From contig CAZRLF010000004.1 in assembly GCA_964601045.1 (NCBI GenBank), forward strand, positions 92,809 through 156,808: a stretch of 64,000 nucleotides of DNA. Direction: 5' to 3'. The notes under the pieces are model-generated. The model was given only the letters and a program-made list of their open reading frames with translations, did no database searches and was not told where the DNA came from. A program made the translations under genes and the position numbers. This DNA is from an uncultured Bacteriovoracaceae bacterium (lineage in GTDB: Bacteria; Bdellovibrionota; UBA2394). Below, piece by piece: positions 17,990-27,007 of this stretch; the first letter of the stretch is position 1; every line of letters starts with the position of its first letter.

Positions 17990-18832
17990 TTATCTTGGCT
18001 GAATCAAAACATAAGAAAACGAATTCTCATTTGGCCTATAGCGAGCATTTGTTTCAGCTATGGTGATTCTGACAGGATATTTTTTAACGACTTCGTTAGC
18101 AGCGCGAAGAATTGTTTTGGTTTCGAGATGATCTGTTTTAAACATTTTTGCCTGTAAAATGGCGGCGCTTTTGGATTGTTTTTTATTAAGAATTCTCGAT
18201 GCTTCGCTCAAAAAACGGGTGAGTTCGTCTTGTTCGTATGAAATTCCGCCGCACGAAGTTCCTTGGCAGGAACAGTGGCAAAGAGTGTTTTCAGCTAAAA
18301 CAAGGTCGAAGGAATTATCCGAAAACAGAAAGGCCTGAGTGTTGTCGAGAAATATTTGGGAGTAGCCCTCGGCTTTTATTTTATTATTAGAGAAGAGCAA
18401 ATCGCCACTAATGACTTGAGCCTGCGGAAGTTTTCTTGAAAGCCCTTGCCCTAAAGTTTCGGTCGGAATATTAAGAAAATTCGATTTAGCTCCATCTGAA
18501 AGAACCAAGATTCTTTTTGCTTCAGGGTTGATTTCAGCTGCGTGCATAAATTCCCCGCGAGCAATCCAGTCCCATCGTTCAGATGAAGAAGTGTCAACTT
18601 CAGCGGGCCCTTCATTGACAATAATCAGTTCAACATTTTCTGCAGGGTCGACTTCGGTTGAAAAGAACTTAATAATTCGCGACGGTTTAACGGCATGATG
18701 AAGAGGGTGATTGATAATATTTGTAAGCACGGCTCCACACTCAAGGTGCGATCCCCCGCACACGGGCAAGCTAAAAGTCGCAAACACGACGAGTAAAAGC
18801 AGAGTGTTTTTAACTATCGAGAGTTTTTGCAT
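17990..18832 (-). CDS. secreted protein with a degenerate class-I methyltransferase-like core
   Basis: The signal peptide is MQKLSIVKNTLLLLVVFATFSLPVCGG. FDLVLAENTLCHC...LTRFLSEASRILNKK resembles MTase motifs II/III, but the Gly-rich SAM loop is degenerate (ILVLSDGAKS). Confidence 0.4.
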   Translation of the reverse strand: MQKLSIVKNTLLLLVVFATFSLPVCGGSHLECGAVLTNIINHPLHHAVKPSRIIKFFSTEVDPAENVELIIVNEGPAEVDTSSSERWDWIARGEFMHAAEINPEAKRILVLSDGAKSNFLNIPTETLGQGLSRKLPQAQVISGDLLFSNNKIKAEGYSQIFLDNTQAFLFSDNSFDLVLAENTLCHCSCQGTSCGGISYEQDELTRFLSEASRILNKKQSKSAAILQAKMFKTDHLETKTILRAANEVVKKYPVRITIAETNARYRPNENSFSYVLIQPR

Positions 18833-18913
18833 GCTTTCACCACATACCTAAAGCGTGCAAAAGATATGCCATAGTTTGTTCCTCTAAGTTACTTAATTTA
18901 CTGATATTTTTGT

Positions 18914-18924
18914 GGTGACGGAGG
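18914..18924 (+). repeat. GGTGACGGAGG motif copy (exact), intergenic, part of the 16-mer TGTGGTGACGGAGGTA
   Basis: The 16-mer at 18911-18926 is identical to the one at 7681-7696. Confidence 0.9.
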
Positions 18925-18929
18925 TAAAT

Positions 18930-19535
18930 ATGGGGTTTTTGCTTATCATTTGGGGATCAGATGTTCCTTATGATAAAAGCCCTAGAATGTCTGATGTAGG
19001 CCCCGATACGCGACTTCGAATCGTTTTGGTCGCGCCTCGCATTGCTGCAAATGTAGGAAACAGTGCTCGAACCGCCGAAGCTTTGGGAGCTGAACTTCAC
19101 CTGGTCGGCCCCTTTGGTTTTCAGCTGAATGAAAAAAATCTCAAACGAGCTTCTGTTGGATACTGGGAAAAACTCAAGCCCATTCTTTATAAGGACGCCG
19201 AAGAGTTTTGGAAAAAATTTGAAAAAAAAGAGGAGACCCAAATCTTTTGGGCGACGAAAAATGCAGAATCTGTCTATACTGACTGCGTGTTTGGGAGGGA
19301 TACCTGCCTTATTTTTGGTAACGAAGAAGAAGGCGTTGCAAGATCTTTCTGGCCCGAAAGCATCAAAAAAAACGATCACTTAGAAGGTATTCAGCCTTGT
19401 CGAATTCCCATGCAAAACGTACGATGCTTGAATTTGGCGACTTCGGTCGGGGTATTAGGTTATGAAGTCCACCGACAGTGGACGAGAGGGCTCCAAAACG
19501 GAGCAGAGATAAAGGTAAAGATTAGTCGAACATGA
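18930..19535 (+). CDS. trmL: tRNA (cytidine/uridine-2'-O)-methyltransferase TrmL (SpoU family)
   Basis: It carries RIVLVAPRIAANVGNSARTAEALGAELHLV and LIFGNEEEG. The ATG at 18930 has a perfect SD (GGAGGT plus 4 nt). The ATG at 18987 would better fit the usual N-terminus. Confidence 0.8.
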   Translation: MGFLLIIWGSDVPYDKSPRMSDVGPDTRLRIVLVAPRIAANVGNSARTAEALGAELHLVGPFGFQLNEKNLKRASVGYWEKLKPILYKDAEEFWKKFEKKEETQIFWATKNAESVYTDCVFGRDTCLIFGNEEEGVARSFWPESIKKNDHLEGIQPCRIPMQNVRCLNLATSVGVLGYEVHRQWTRGLQNGAEIKVKISRT

Positions 19536-22500
19536 AAATCAAATCGCTTGAAATCATCGGATTTAAATCTTTCGGTGATCGCACCATTCTTCATTTTGAT
19601 AGACAAATTGCAGGCATTGTTGGTCCTAACGGTTGTGGCAAAAGTAATATCGTTGATGCCATACGCTGGGTCATGGGAGAACAGTCCGCCAAGGGTTTAA
19701 GAGGAACCGAAATGTCTGACGTCATTTTTAACGGAACGACGTCTCGAAAAAAGGGCGCGTTTGCCGAAGTCAGTATGACTTTCGACAATACCGACAAACT
19801 TGCCAGTGCCCCTTATACCGACTGTGTAGAGATTATGATCACTCGTCGGCTCTATCGCTCCGGCGAGAGTGAATACCTCATCAATAAAGTAGCAGTTCGT
19901 CTTAAAGACATTAATGATCTGTTTTTGGGCACAGGCTCATCAGCTCGAGCTTATTCAATTGTTGCGCAAGGTAAGGTCGATCAGATCGTTCTGGCTAAGC
20001 CTGAAGATAGACGATTTTTGCTCGAAGAAGCAGCGGGTGTCGCTAAATATAAAGCTCGTAAACTGGCTGCGGAGCGCAAGATGGAGGCCACAAGAGCCAA
20101 TCTTGAAAGAGCCCATGATATTATTCGAGAGCTTGAGCGCAACGGAAAATATTTAGAACGTCAAGTTGATCGCGCCGAACAGTTTAGAAAAATTCAAAGT
20201 GAATTGCGACGTCTCGACGAGCAAGTAATTGCCTTTAAAGTAACGAAGCTCGACCGCGATGCTGAAAGTAGTGAGCGTCGGCGAACGGATGCTCGAATTC
20301 TTTTTGAATCAACATCCACCGAATTTGCCAAACTTGAGGCGGAGATTGAGCGGTTACGATTTGAAGCTCTTAATTTTGAGAAACTTTCGAGTTCAGACTA
20401 CGAACGTCTCATTCAGCTCAAGGAGAACTTTTCATTTCTCGATAAAGAAATTGAACTAGGCAATCAGAGAATAGGCTCGCTCCAAAATCAAATCGAGGAG
20501 AGAAAAAAAGATATCGAGCGTATTCGCTCAAAAGCAGAAGCGCATGATTTAACCATTCAACAAGTTCTCGAAGCTCGCACTCAAATGAAGGCGGAATGGG
20601 AGCAAAAAAAGGCCTCAATCGAGCAAAAGAGAGCTGAGCTCCAGGCTCAAGAAGAAATAATTAAAACCTTAGAAGCTAAAATCGACGCGGATGAAACCGA
20701 GTTTGATAAAAAGCAAACTGAGGCTGCAAAACAGGCTCAAAAGAGAGAGATGTTGGCTGCTGAGCGTGTGAACTTAGAGCTAACTCGAGCCGAGTTTGAA
20801 ATCGAGCTTGAACGAATTGATCTCGTTGCAAAGCAACTTAATACTCAAGGAATCGAAAAGCTGGGTTTGTCGGAGCAGGGTGCATCTGAAATTCAGACTT
20901 TTGAATCCAGGTTGACGGAATTACGTGCTGACGAGCAAAGAATTGATCAAGTCTTATCGGCCGCAGTTCTTCAAAGAACGCAACTTCAAGATCAGATTTC
21001 TTTTGCGGAAGCTCAATTAAAAAGTTTAATCGCGCTTGAAGAGCGCGAGATTGGATACGATCGAGGGGCATTAAATCGTAAAAAGCGAACCGGAAAGAGT
21101 CTTCTTCTTGAGCAAATTAAATTTAAAGCCGGAGCTGAAAAAGTTGCCGAGGGATTTTTAGCAACTTTTGGTCAGGTTTTTCTAGATGAGCCTATTGAAG
21201 GTGAGAATGGGGATGAACCCCGGTGGTCTTATCTTAAAGAGGTCGCAGCAAATGCTGCTTTTGATCAAGCTTCAAGTCTTCTTCAATATGTTGAAGGAGA
21301 TGTTTCTCCTCAACTTCAGTCATTTTTAGCAGGTATTCAGGTTGTTGATTCGATTGACGAAGCTGGTTCGGCTCAAAATCTTTTGATTGATCGTTCAGGA
21401 AAGCTTTCTTGGCCCGCGGCAAACGGTTTTGCGTTGCTCTCTCGAGGATCGCTTGAGAAAGAGCAAACTCCATTTGGTCGACAAGCTGAAATCGAAAAGT
21501 TTCGAGCTCAAAAGCAATCTTTGACAGCTGAGCTTCAAACTTTAGACGCCGAAATCGAATCTTTAAAGATTCAGCTTAAGACTGCAAAATCTTCTGCTGA
21601 AACTTGCAGACAAGATATTCAACGTAAAGGCAAAGCCTTAGGTGATCTTAAAGCAGAAGTTGCTCGTATCGAGAGCCAAAAAGAAGCTCAAGTTGAAAAA
21701 TATACCCGCTGTGAATCTGAGATAAGAGATATCGATGTAAAAATAACTTCGATTGCAACTCAGCTCAAAGAATTGGTTCAGACGCAAGATCTAGAGGAAC
21801 TAAAGGCTCGTTTAGCCGCATCCACCGCTGAACTGACTCAACTTAAGAGCCAAAAGGCTTCTGCAGATAATCTTTGGATTGAAGAGCGGATTGCTTTTGG
21901 AGCTGTACAAGAGAAATTAGATCGACTTGAGCAACAGAGTGTTCATGTAGAGATGACTAAGTCTGAGTACTCTCACAATCAAAGTATTTATCAGACTGAT
22001 ATTGAAAATTGGGCGTCCGAAGTCACTCGAGAAGAAGAGAAAATTGCCAATCATCGGTTAGCTAAACAGGCTGATGAAGGTAAAATTCGTGAACTTGAGA
22101 TTGGCTTAGCTGAGAATCGTGAAGCTCTTTCAAAAATTCGATCTGAGCTTGAACAGCTAGAAGCCTCTCGTAAGACTTCTCAGTCTGCTAAAGAAGAAGC
22201 TCAAAAGAATTTGCAAGAATTGGAACTCGACCACCAAAGACTTAAATTTGAAGTGGAAGAGCTCTCTCAGCTTGTCGAAGTTCGATACCATATTAGCCTT
22301 CAAGAAGTTCTACAGCAGGTTACGACTGCGGATCTTGAGCGGCTTGAGGATTCAACTGTTCTTGGAGCTCTAGAAGTTGAAGCCAAAGAACTCAGAGAAA
22401 AAGTTGAGAACTTTGGTGAGGTCAATTTGTTGGCTCTTACTGAGTTTGAGGATATCAAAAAGCGTCTCGATTTTATGCACAAGCAGCAAGAAGATCTGCT

Positions 22501-23026
22501 TAAGACTCTTGATTCGCTTCAAAGCATTATTGAGCGCATCAACAAAGTTACTGAGTTTCGCTTTAGAGAAACTTTTAAAGCGATTAACCATAACTTCCAA
22601 ATTTTGTTTCCGAAATTATTTGGTGGTGGTCGAGCCTTTATGACTCTGACTAATGAGCAAGACCTGCTTGAGACGGGAGTTGAAATCTTTGCAGAGCCTC
22701 CGGGTAAAAAGGTTCAAGTGATGTCTCTTTTAAGTGGGGGTGAAAAAGCCATGACGAGCATTAGCTTACTTTTTGCGCTTTTTGCTTACCGACCAGCGTC
22801 TTTTTGTATTTTGGACGAAGTTGATGCCCCTCTCGATGAGATCAATACGACTCGATACAATTCAATCATCCAAGAAATGGCGCATCTATCGCAATTTATT
22901 GTGATTACTCACAATAAACGAACGATGGAAGTTGCTGATAAGCTCTTTGGTGTAACCATGCAAGAGCCGGGCGTCTCTCAAATCATAGGTGTGGAGCTTC
23001 AAGAAGCTAAGGCATTTGTGGCATAA
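19532..23026 (+). CDS. smc: chromosome segregation protein SMC
   Basis: It has Walker A GPNGCGKSNIVDA, long coiled coils, the signature LSGGEKA and Walker B ILDEVDAPLD. Confidence 0.95.
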   Translation: MKIKSLEIIGFKSFGDRTILHFDRQIAGIVGPNGCGKSNIVDAIRWVMGEQSAKGLRGTEMSDVIFNGTTSRKKGAFAEVSMTFDNTDKLASAPYTDCVEIMITRRLYRSGESEYLINKVAVRLKDINDLFLGTGSSARAYSIVAQGKVDQIVLAKPEDRRFLLEEAAGVAKYKARKLAAERKMEATRANLERAHDIIRELERNGKYLERQVDRAEQFRKIQSELRRLDEQVIAFKVTKLDRDAESSERRRTDARILFESTSTEFAKLEAEIERLRFEALNFEKLSSSDYERLIQLKENFSFLDKEIELGNQRIGSLQNQIEERKKDIERIRSKAEAHDLTIQQVLEARTQMKAEWEQKKASIEQKRAELQAQEEIIKTLEAKIDADETEFDKKQTEAAKQAQKREMLAAERVNLELTRAEFEIELERIDLVAKQLNTQGIEKLGLSEQGASEIQTFESRLTELRADEQRIDQVLSAAVLQRTQLQDQISFAEAQLKSLIALEEREIGYDRGALNRKKRTGKSLLLEQIKFKAGAEKVAEGFLATFGQVFLDEPIEGENGDEPRWSYLKEVAANAAFDQASSLLQYVEGDVSPQLQSFLAGIQVVDSIDEAGSAQNLLIDRSGKLSWPAANGFALLSRGSLEKEQTPFGRQAEIEKFRAQKQSLTAELQTLDAEIESLKIQLKTAKSSAETCRQDIQRKGKALGDLKAEVARIESQKEAQVEKYTRCESEIRDIDVKITSIATQLKELVQTQDLEELKARLAASTAELTQLKSQKASADNLWIEERIAFGAVQEKLDRLEQQSVHVEMTKSEYSHNQSIYQTDIENWASEVTREEEKIANHRLAKQADEGKIRELEIGLAENREALSKIRSELEQLEASRKTSQSAKEEAQKNLQELELDHQRLKFEVEELSQLVEVRYHISLQEVLQQVTTADLERLEDSTVLGALEVEAKELREKVENFGEVNLLALTEFEDIKKRLDFMHKQQEDLLKTLDSLQSIIERINKVTEFRFRETFKAINHNFQILFPKLFGGGRAFMTLTNEQDLLETGVEIFAEPPGKKVQVMSLLSGGEKAMTSISLLFALFAYRPASFCILDEVDAPLDEINTTRYNSIIQEMAHLSQFIVITHNKRTMEVADKLFGVTMQEPGVSQIIGVELQEAKAFVA

Positions 23027-23034
23027 CGACAGGT

Positions 23035-24078
23035 ATGTCGTTTGTTTATATTGGTCTGGCCCTCATCTGTATTGCTGCTGTTTTTTTCTTTTTTAACAGA
23101 AGAAGCAAAAAAATATCTCCACCTGTTGATACGGCACAAATTTCTATATCGCCAACTGAACCGGTGGTCGAATCGAAAGAGGTGGTGGCTTTTAAGAAGG
23201 CGCTCCGTCCTCGAATTTCAAAAGCTATCTCGTCTTGGATTCCTCTTTTTCAATCTAAGTCTAAAGATGCTCAGCAATGGGAAGAGGTTTTGATTGAATC
23301 CGATATGGGACCTAAACTGACTTCGGGTCTTCTTGCTGAGATGAAAGATTCATCCCTTGAGCCTAAAGATTTTCTAAAGCAAAAACTGACATCTATGATT
23401 GAAGGCGCCGACCAGGGTTCAAACTCATGGCTTGAGAAAAAGCCGTGGGTTGTTTTCTTAGTGGGCGTGAACGGGGTAGGAAAAACCACCACGATTGTTA
23501 AGCTTGCCCATTATTTTCGTTCTCAAGGACTAAAGTGCGGAGTTGTCGCCGCAGATACGTTTCGAAAGGCTGCAACTGAGCAACTTGAAAGAGGTTGCCA
23601 AAAAGTTAGAGTCGACTTTTTCACTATTCAGGGATCAGAAGCTTCAGAGGGAGCAGATCCAGGAGCAGTTATTTTTGATGGGCTTCGAAAATTTGCCGAT
23701 CGAGATGTCATTTTAGTGGATACAAGTGGCCGACTTCATACGAAGAAGAATCTTATGGAAGAACTTAAGAAGATTGTTCGTGTTGCAGATAAATCTTTAA
23801 ATGGAAGTCCTCATGATATTTGGATGATTATTGATGCGACGCTAGGGCAGAACGCGACCCAACAGGCGAAGGCTTTTCATGAGGCCGTTCCGCTTTCTGG
23901 CTTAGTGCTTACAAAGATGGATGGGCTCAGTCGCGGAGGTACAATTTTTCAATTATTTCAAGAACTTCATGTGCCAATTCGCTTTTTAGGCCTTGGAGAG
24001 AGTGTTGAGGACCTCGAAGTCTTTAATTCATCAAAGTTTGTAGAGGAATTGTTTGACCAGGCTCCTGCATCTTCATAG
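23035..24078 (+). CDS. ftsY: signal recognition particle receptor FtsY
   Basis: It has an N-terminal membrane anchor and the SRP-GTPase motifs GVNGVGKTTT, DTSGRLH and TKMDG. Confidence 0.9.
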   Translation: MSFVYIGLALICIAAVFFFFNRRSKKISPPVDTAQISISPTEPVVESKEVVAFKKALRPRISKAISSWIPLFQSKSKDAQQWEEVLIESDMGPKLTSGLLAEMKDSSLEPKDFLKQKLTSMIEGADQGSNSWLEKKPWVVFLVGVNGVGKTTTIVKLAHYFRSQGLKCGVVAADTFRKAATEQLERGCQKVRVDFFTIQGSEASEGADPGAVIFDGLRKFADRDVILVDTSGRLHTKKNLMEELKKIVRVADKSLNGSPHDIWMIIDATLGQNATQQAKAFHEAVPLSGLVLTKMDGLSRGGTIFQLFQELHVPIRFLGLGESVEDLEVFNSSKFVEELFDQAPASS

Positions 24079-24149
24079 TCTAAAAGGCCTGGAGACCCGT
24101 TTAAATTGAATTAAAGGGTTTAAAAGAACGAAATAAAAAGGAGAATAAA

Positions 24150-24326
24150 ATGGCAGACAGTTTAGTTGTTCAGTCAAAGGTGCGAGAACTTTTTAAAGAG
24201 TTAGATTGCAATACGGGCAGCGATGCTCTCGATCAACTCAACAAAGAATGCGAAAGAATTATTCGCAGAGCTGTTGAGCGTACCAAAGAAAACGGTCGTA
24301 AGACTGTTAAAGCTGCTGATATCTAA
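24150..24326 (+). CDS. bacterial histone-fold DNA-binding protein (58 aa, HBb/Bd0055-like); absent from the ORF track
   Basis: The translation is MADSLVVQSKVRELFKELDCNTGSDALDQLNKECERIIRRAVERTKENGRKTVKAADI. The C-terminal GRKTVKAADI matches the archaeal HMf histone motif GRKTIKAEDI. The gene has a strong SD (AAGGAG) and its own terminator. Confidence 0.7.
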   Translation: MADSLVVQSKVRELFKELDCNTGSDALDQLNKECERIIRRAVERTKENGRKTVKAADI

Positions 24327-24348
24327 GATTTTTAGCAGAAAAGAATTT

Positions 24349-24381
24349 AAGGCAGATGTTTCTACATCTGCCTTTTTTTTT
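24349..24381 (+). terminator. rho-independent terminator of the histone-fold gene
   Basis: The stem is ggcagatgt (24351-24359) paired with acatctgcc (24364-24372), with loop ttct, followed by T9. Confidence 0.8.
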
Positions 24382-24430
24382 GCTCAGACGAAACGCTCTA
24401 GATCTCTAAAATAGACCGTTTGCGGGCTTC

Positions 24431-24460
24431 AAACGAAAAAGGCCGCTCTTGCGAGCGGCC
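24431..24460 (-). terminator. rho-independent terminator of the lysine-rich micro-ORF transcript (a T-run is also present on the plus side)
   Basis: The GC-rich stem is ggccgctc (24441-24448) paired with gagcggcc (24453-24460). On the minus strand it is followed by TTTTTCGTTT. Confidence 0.7.
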
Positions 24461-24506
24461 TTTTCGATCCGCCTTTCTTTCGAAAGGCTTGAAAAACGAT
24501 AGAAGT

Positions 24507-24563
24507 TTACTTCTTCTTTTTCTTGGTTGCTTTCTTTTTCTTCGCTTTTTTCTTAGCAGCCAT
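24507..24563 (-). CDS. 18-codon poly-lysine micro-ORF (MAAKKKAKKKKATKKKKK)
   Basis: Its initiation region AAGGAGAATAAAATGGC is identical over 17 nt to that of the histone-fold gene. It has its own promoter-like element and terminator. Translation is not proven. Confidence 0.35.
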   Translation of the reverse strand: MAAKKKAKKKKATKKKKK

Positions 24564-24653
24564 TTTATTCTCCTTCGTCGAGTTGATGAAGATTCACTTG
24601 TCGACAAATCGACTTATGTCTTCGCCGAGGGAAATATTTTTTCCCTTAACATC

Positions 24654-24681
24654 ATTGTAAGTTTTTTTTTCTTGCTTGCAA
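24654..24681 (-). promoter_or_regulatory. sigma-70-like promoter TTGCAA-16nt-TACAAT driving the micro-ORF transcript
   Basis: The -35 element is at 24676-24681 and the -10 element at 24654-24659, read on the minus strand. An A-tract (UP-like) region lies upstream at 24685-24722. Confidence 0.5.
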
Positions 24682-24726
24682 TACTCTTTTTTGATTTTTG
24701 AAAACTTTTTTTGATTTTGATGTGAG

Positions 24727-25650
24727 TTAGTGTCGAGTTGAAGTCAGTCCGCGAGTATTTTTACTTCGACGAGGAGTTTCTTTTGGTGGAATCGATTGAA
24801 GAATTCGAACAGTATGCTGAAGGTGAGCAGGAAGTTGCGCTTCAGAAAGTTCTTCGAGTCTTGTTTGCACTTCGGTGCCGTCTGCAAGCCGAATAACCCA
24901 TTGATTATTCTTATTCTTTTCTATGTCGGTGATCTGTTGTGTGGGAATTTCTTTTGCACCAATTCGAATCGACTCAGTCAAAACAGATTTGAGATTGAGG
25001 TCCTGTTGCATGTTTTCACGAAACAAAATGATGTTCAAAGCGATCAGAATCGTAATTGTGAGCGCTTTTTTAATGAAACGTGAGTTTTTTTCGTTTCGAA
25101 TTGATCGCTCAAGTCTCAAACGTTCAAGCTGATCCACACTTGAAGCCTTTGGCTTCTGCATCTGCAAAGGTATTCCTTTAGGTAGAACTGACTGAACAAA
25201 CTTCTCGAGCGCTGTACGATGTTCTAGAGAAAGATTTGTGAATTCAAGGCCTAATCCTTGAGGTGCGACGCGACAAACTTTTGCAGTGAGCTGAAAGTAT
25301 GCCACTCCACTTTCTGATTCTTTGCTTGGTATCGCAAATTCGATGGGAATAAGGTCGCCAAGTTGAGCTTTTTGCTCGGTGCGTACAAACAGGCCGCCCA
25401 TTGAGATGTTTTCAATGTACTGTCGAGCGAATTGAACTGCACTTGAGAACTTTAATTCAAGTCTCTGATCGAGAACTTCGGCCCGAGAGAACTGTCTGCG
25501 ATCTATTCCAGACTGAGTTTGAAGGATTTTTTCTTTAGGCGAAGCAGGAGATTCACCTCCGTTTTGCGTCATGATCGAAGGCAATTCATCATTTTTAGGA
25601 CCATCAGTGATGCCTTCAAAGAGTTTTGAGATATTATCTTCAAGTTTCAT
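24727..25650 (-). CDS. PilZ domain protein with a C-terminal membrane segment
   Basis: The c-di-GMP-binding motifs RRQFSR (RxxxR) and NISMGGLFV (D/NxSxxG) are present. Confidence 0.75.
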   Translation of the reverse strand: MKLEDNISKLFEGITDGPKNDELPSIMTQNGGESPASPKEKILQTQSGIDRRQFSRAEVLDQRLELKFSSAVQFARQYIENISMGGLFVRTEQKAQLGDLIPIEFAIPSKESESGVAYFQLTAKVCRVAPQGLGLEFTNLSLEHRTALEKFVQSVLPKGIPLQMQKPKASSVDQLERLRLERSIRNEKNSRFIKKALTITILIALNIILFRENMQQDLNLKSVLTESIRIGAKEIPTQQITDIEKNKNNQWVIRLADGTEVQTRLEELSEAQLPAHLQHTVRILQSIPPKETPRRSKNTRGLTSTRH

Positions 25651-25658
25651 GATGATCC

Positions 25659-26804
25659 TCAGTTCAAATTCGCATTATTCACATCAACGTAAAATTTAGA
25701 CTCATAACGAGGAAAATGATCGTTTTCTACTGTCGAAGTGAGCGGGTTATCGTAAGTATTGCCGTCGGTTGTTGCTCGATTCGATTTGAGAACGAATCTT
25801 GGACTCACTCCACGAATATCTTCAATTCCGTCATTAGAAGTATCGGCCGTATACGACATCGTTCTCTGATGCTCGATGGCTGAAGTTGTGGTGATCGTTA
25901 AAGGAAAGAACTGAATTCCATCAAGCCCTCCTTGCATTAGTTTCCAAGTTCCAAGCCCGACGAGGTCGCCTGACGACGGTTGAATTTCTCGACGGTAGAG
26001 CCCACCGTTTTCGTAAGCCCATTCGACAAGTTTAATCGGATAAATTCTCGCGCTCGAAGAAAAACCCGAAAGTCCTAAGCCACCGACTTGGTTGTAAGAG
26101 CTTCCGGTACTAGCGGCATCAACTTGGATTTGATTGCTCGATGTAGAACTTCCACCCAAATCTTGAACCGCAGTAATTTGAAAGACATTGGAGTAAACAG
26201 TAGTATTGTCCGAAAATGATTCTTGAATCAGATAAAGTTTTCCCACAACTAGGTTTCCGGTACAGCCCTCCCTTAAAGTCTGAAATCTCTCCGCACCTGT
26301 TGCAGAGCCAGCAGTTGTTGAGGGATTAGGTGAAGCATAGGAATTAAGTTTGCAATTGATTGGGGTTGTAAAATCGTAAAGTACCAGGCGCAGCCCGTCT
26401 GAAGAGCTGGTGAGGGAGGCTGTTGAATTTGAAATATTTGCTGGCACTCCAAAACTGGTCATTGCATTCACAGCTGTTAATTCAACTCCAGGTAGTGGAG
26501 TAATTCCGCCGCGAACAATGACATTGGAGCATAAGGTCGTAACCGAAGTTATGGCTTTGTTGGTATCGCAAGAGGGATTAACAAAAGCCACTTGCTTAAG
26601 ATCTTCAGAGAGCATTTTTTGAACAAGAAGTCCGGTTGATGCTAGATCACTCGCCACATCCGTGGATGTCATATTGCCAGAGGATTTGCGCATATAGTTG
26701 GCAACCATCAACCCAAGGCCCGACATCACTAAAAGAGCTATTACGAGTTCAATGAGTGTGAAGCCCGATTTTTTACTTTGTTTTTGCCGAAGTAAGAGCG
26801 CCAA
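25659..26804 (-). CDS. prepilin-type N-terminal cleavage/methylation domain protein (pseudopilin / type IV pilus minor component)
   Basis: It has the N-terminal motif KSGFTLIELVIALLVMSGL. The start is a TTG preceded by GGGGAGGA. Confidence 0.7.
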   Translation of the reverse strand: MALLLRQKQSKKSGFTLIELVIALLVMSGLGLMVANYMRKSSGNMTSTDVASDLASTGLLVQKMLSEDLKQVAFVNPSCDTNKAITSVTTLCSNVIVRGGITPLPGVELTAVNAMTSFGVPANISNSTASLTSSSDGLRLVLYDFTTPINCKLNSYASPNPSTTAGSATGAERFQTLREGCTGNLVVGKLYLIQESFSDNTTVYSNVFQITAVQDLGGSSTSSNQIQVDAASTGSSYNQVGGLGLSGFSSSARIYPIKLVEWAYENGGLYRREIQPSSGDLVGLGTWKLMQGGLDGIQFFPLTITTTSAIEHQRTMSYTADTSNDGIEDIRGVSPRFVLKSNRATTDGNTYDNPLTSTVENDHFPRYESKFYVDVNNANLN

Positions 26805-27007
26805 AAGAAATTCCTCCCCAAATTAGAAATATGGTCCCGCGATACTCAAGTTTATCACTAAGGAGAGCTCCTCCGGCCCGTGCGCAAGCTTTTTAATAAT
26901 TAAATAAGTCCCAATAATGATTAGTCTTTTTCCTAAGAAGAATGCGATATTGAGCAGGGAGTTAAGAGGTGTTAACTTTCGTTACTGAATCTTAAGGTTG
27001 CGCAGGT

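Noticed and set aside
24398-24607. A 69-aa Arg/Lys-rich minus-strand ORF (MSTSESSSTRRRRIKW...)
   Set aside because: It reads straight through the GC-rich terminator hairpin at 24441-24460 and has no SD. The basic composition is a frame artefact of the AAG/AAA-rich micro-ORF region, and the 18-codon ORF with the consensus SD is the better candidate.
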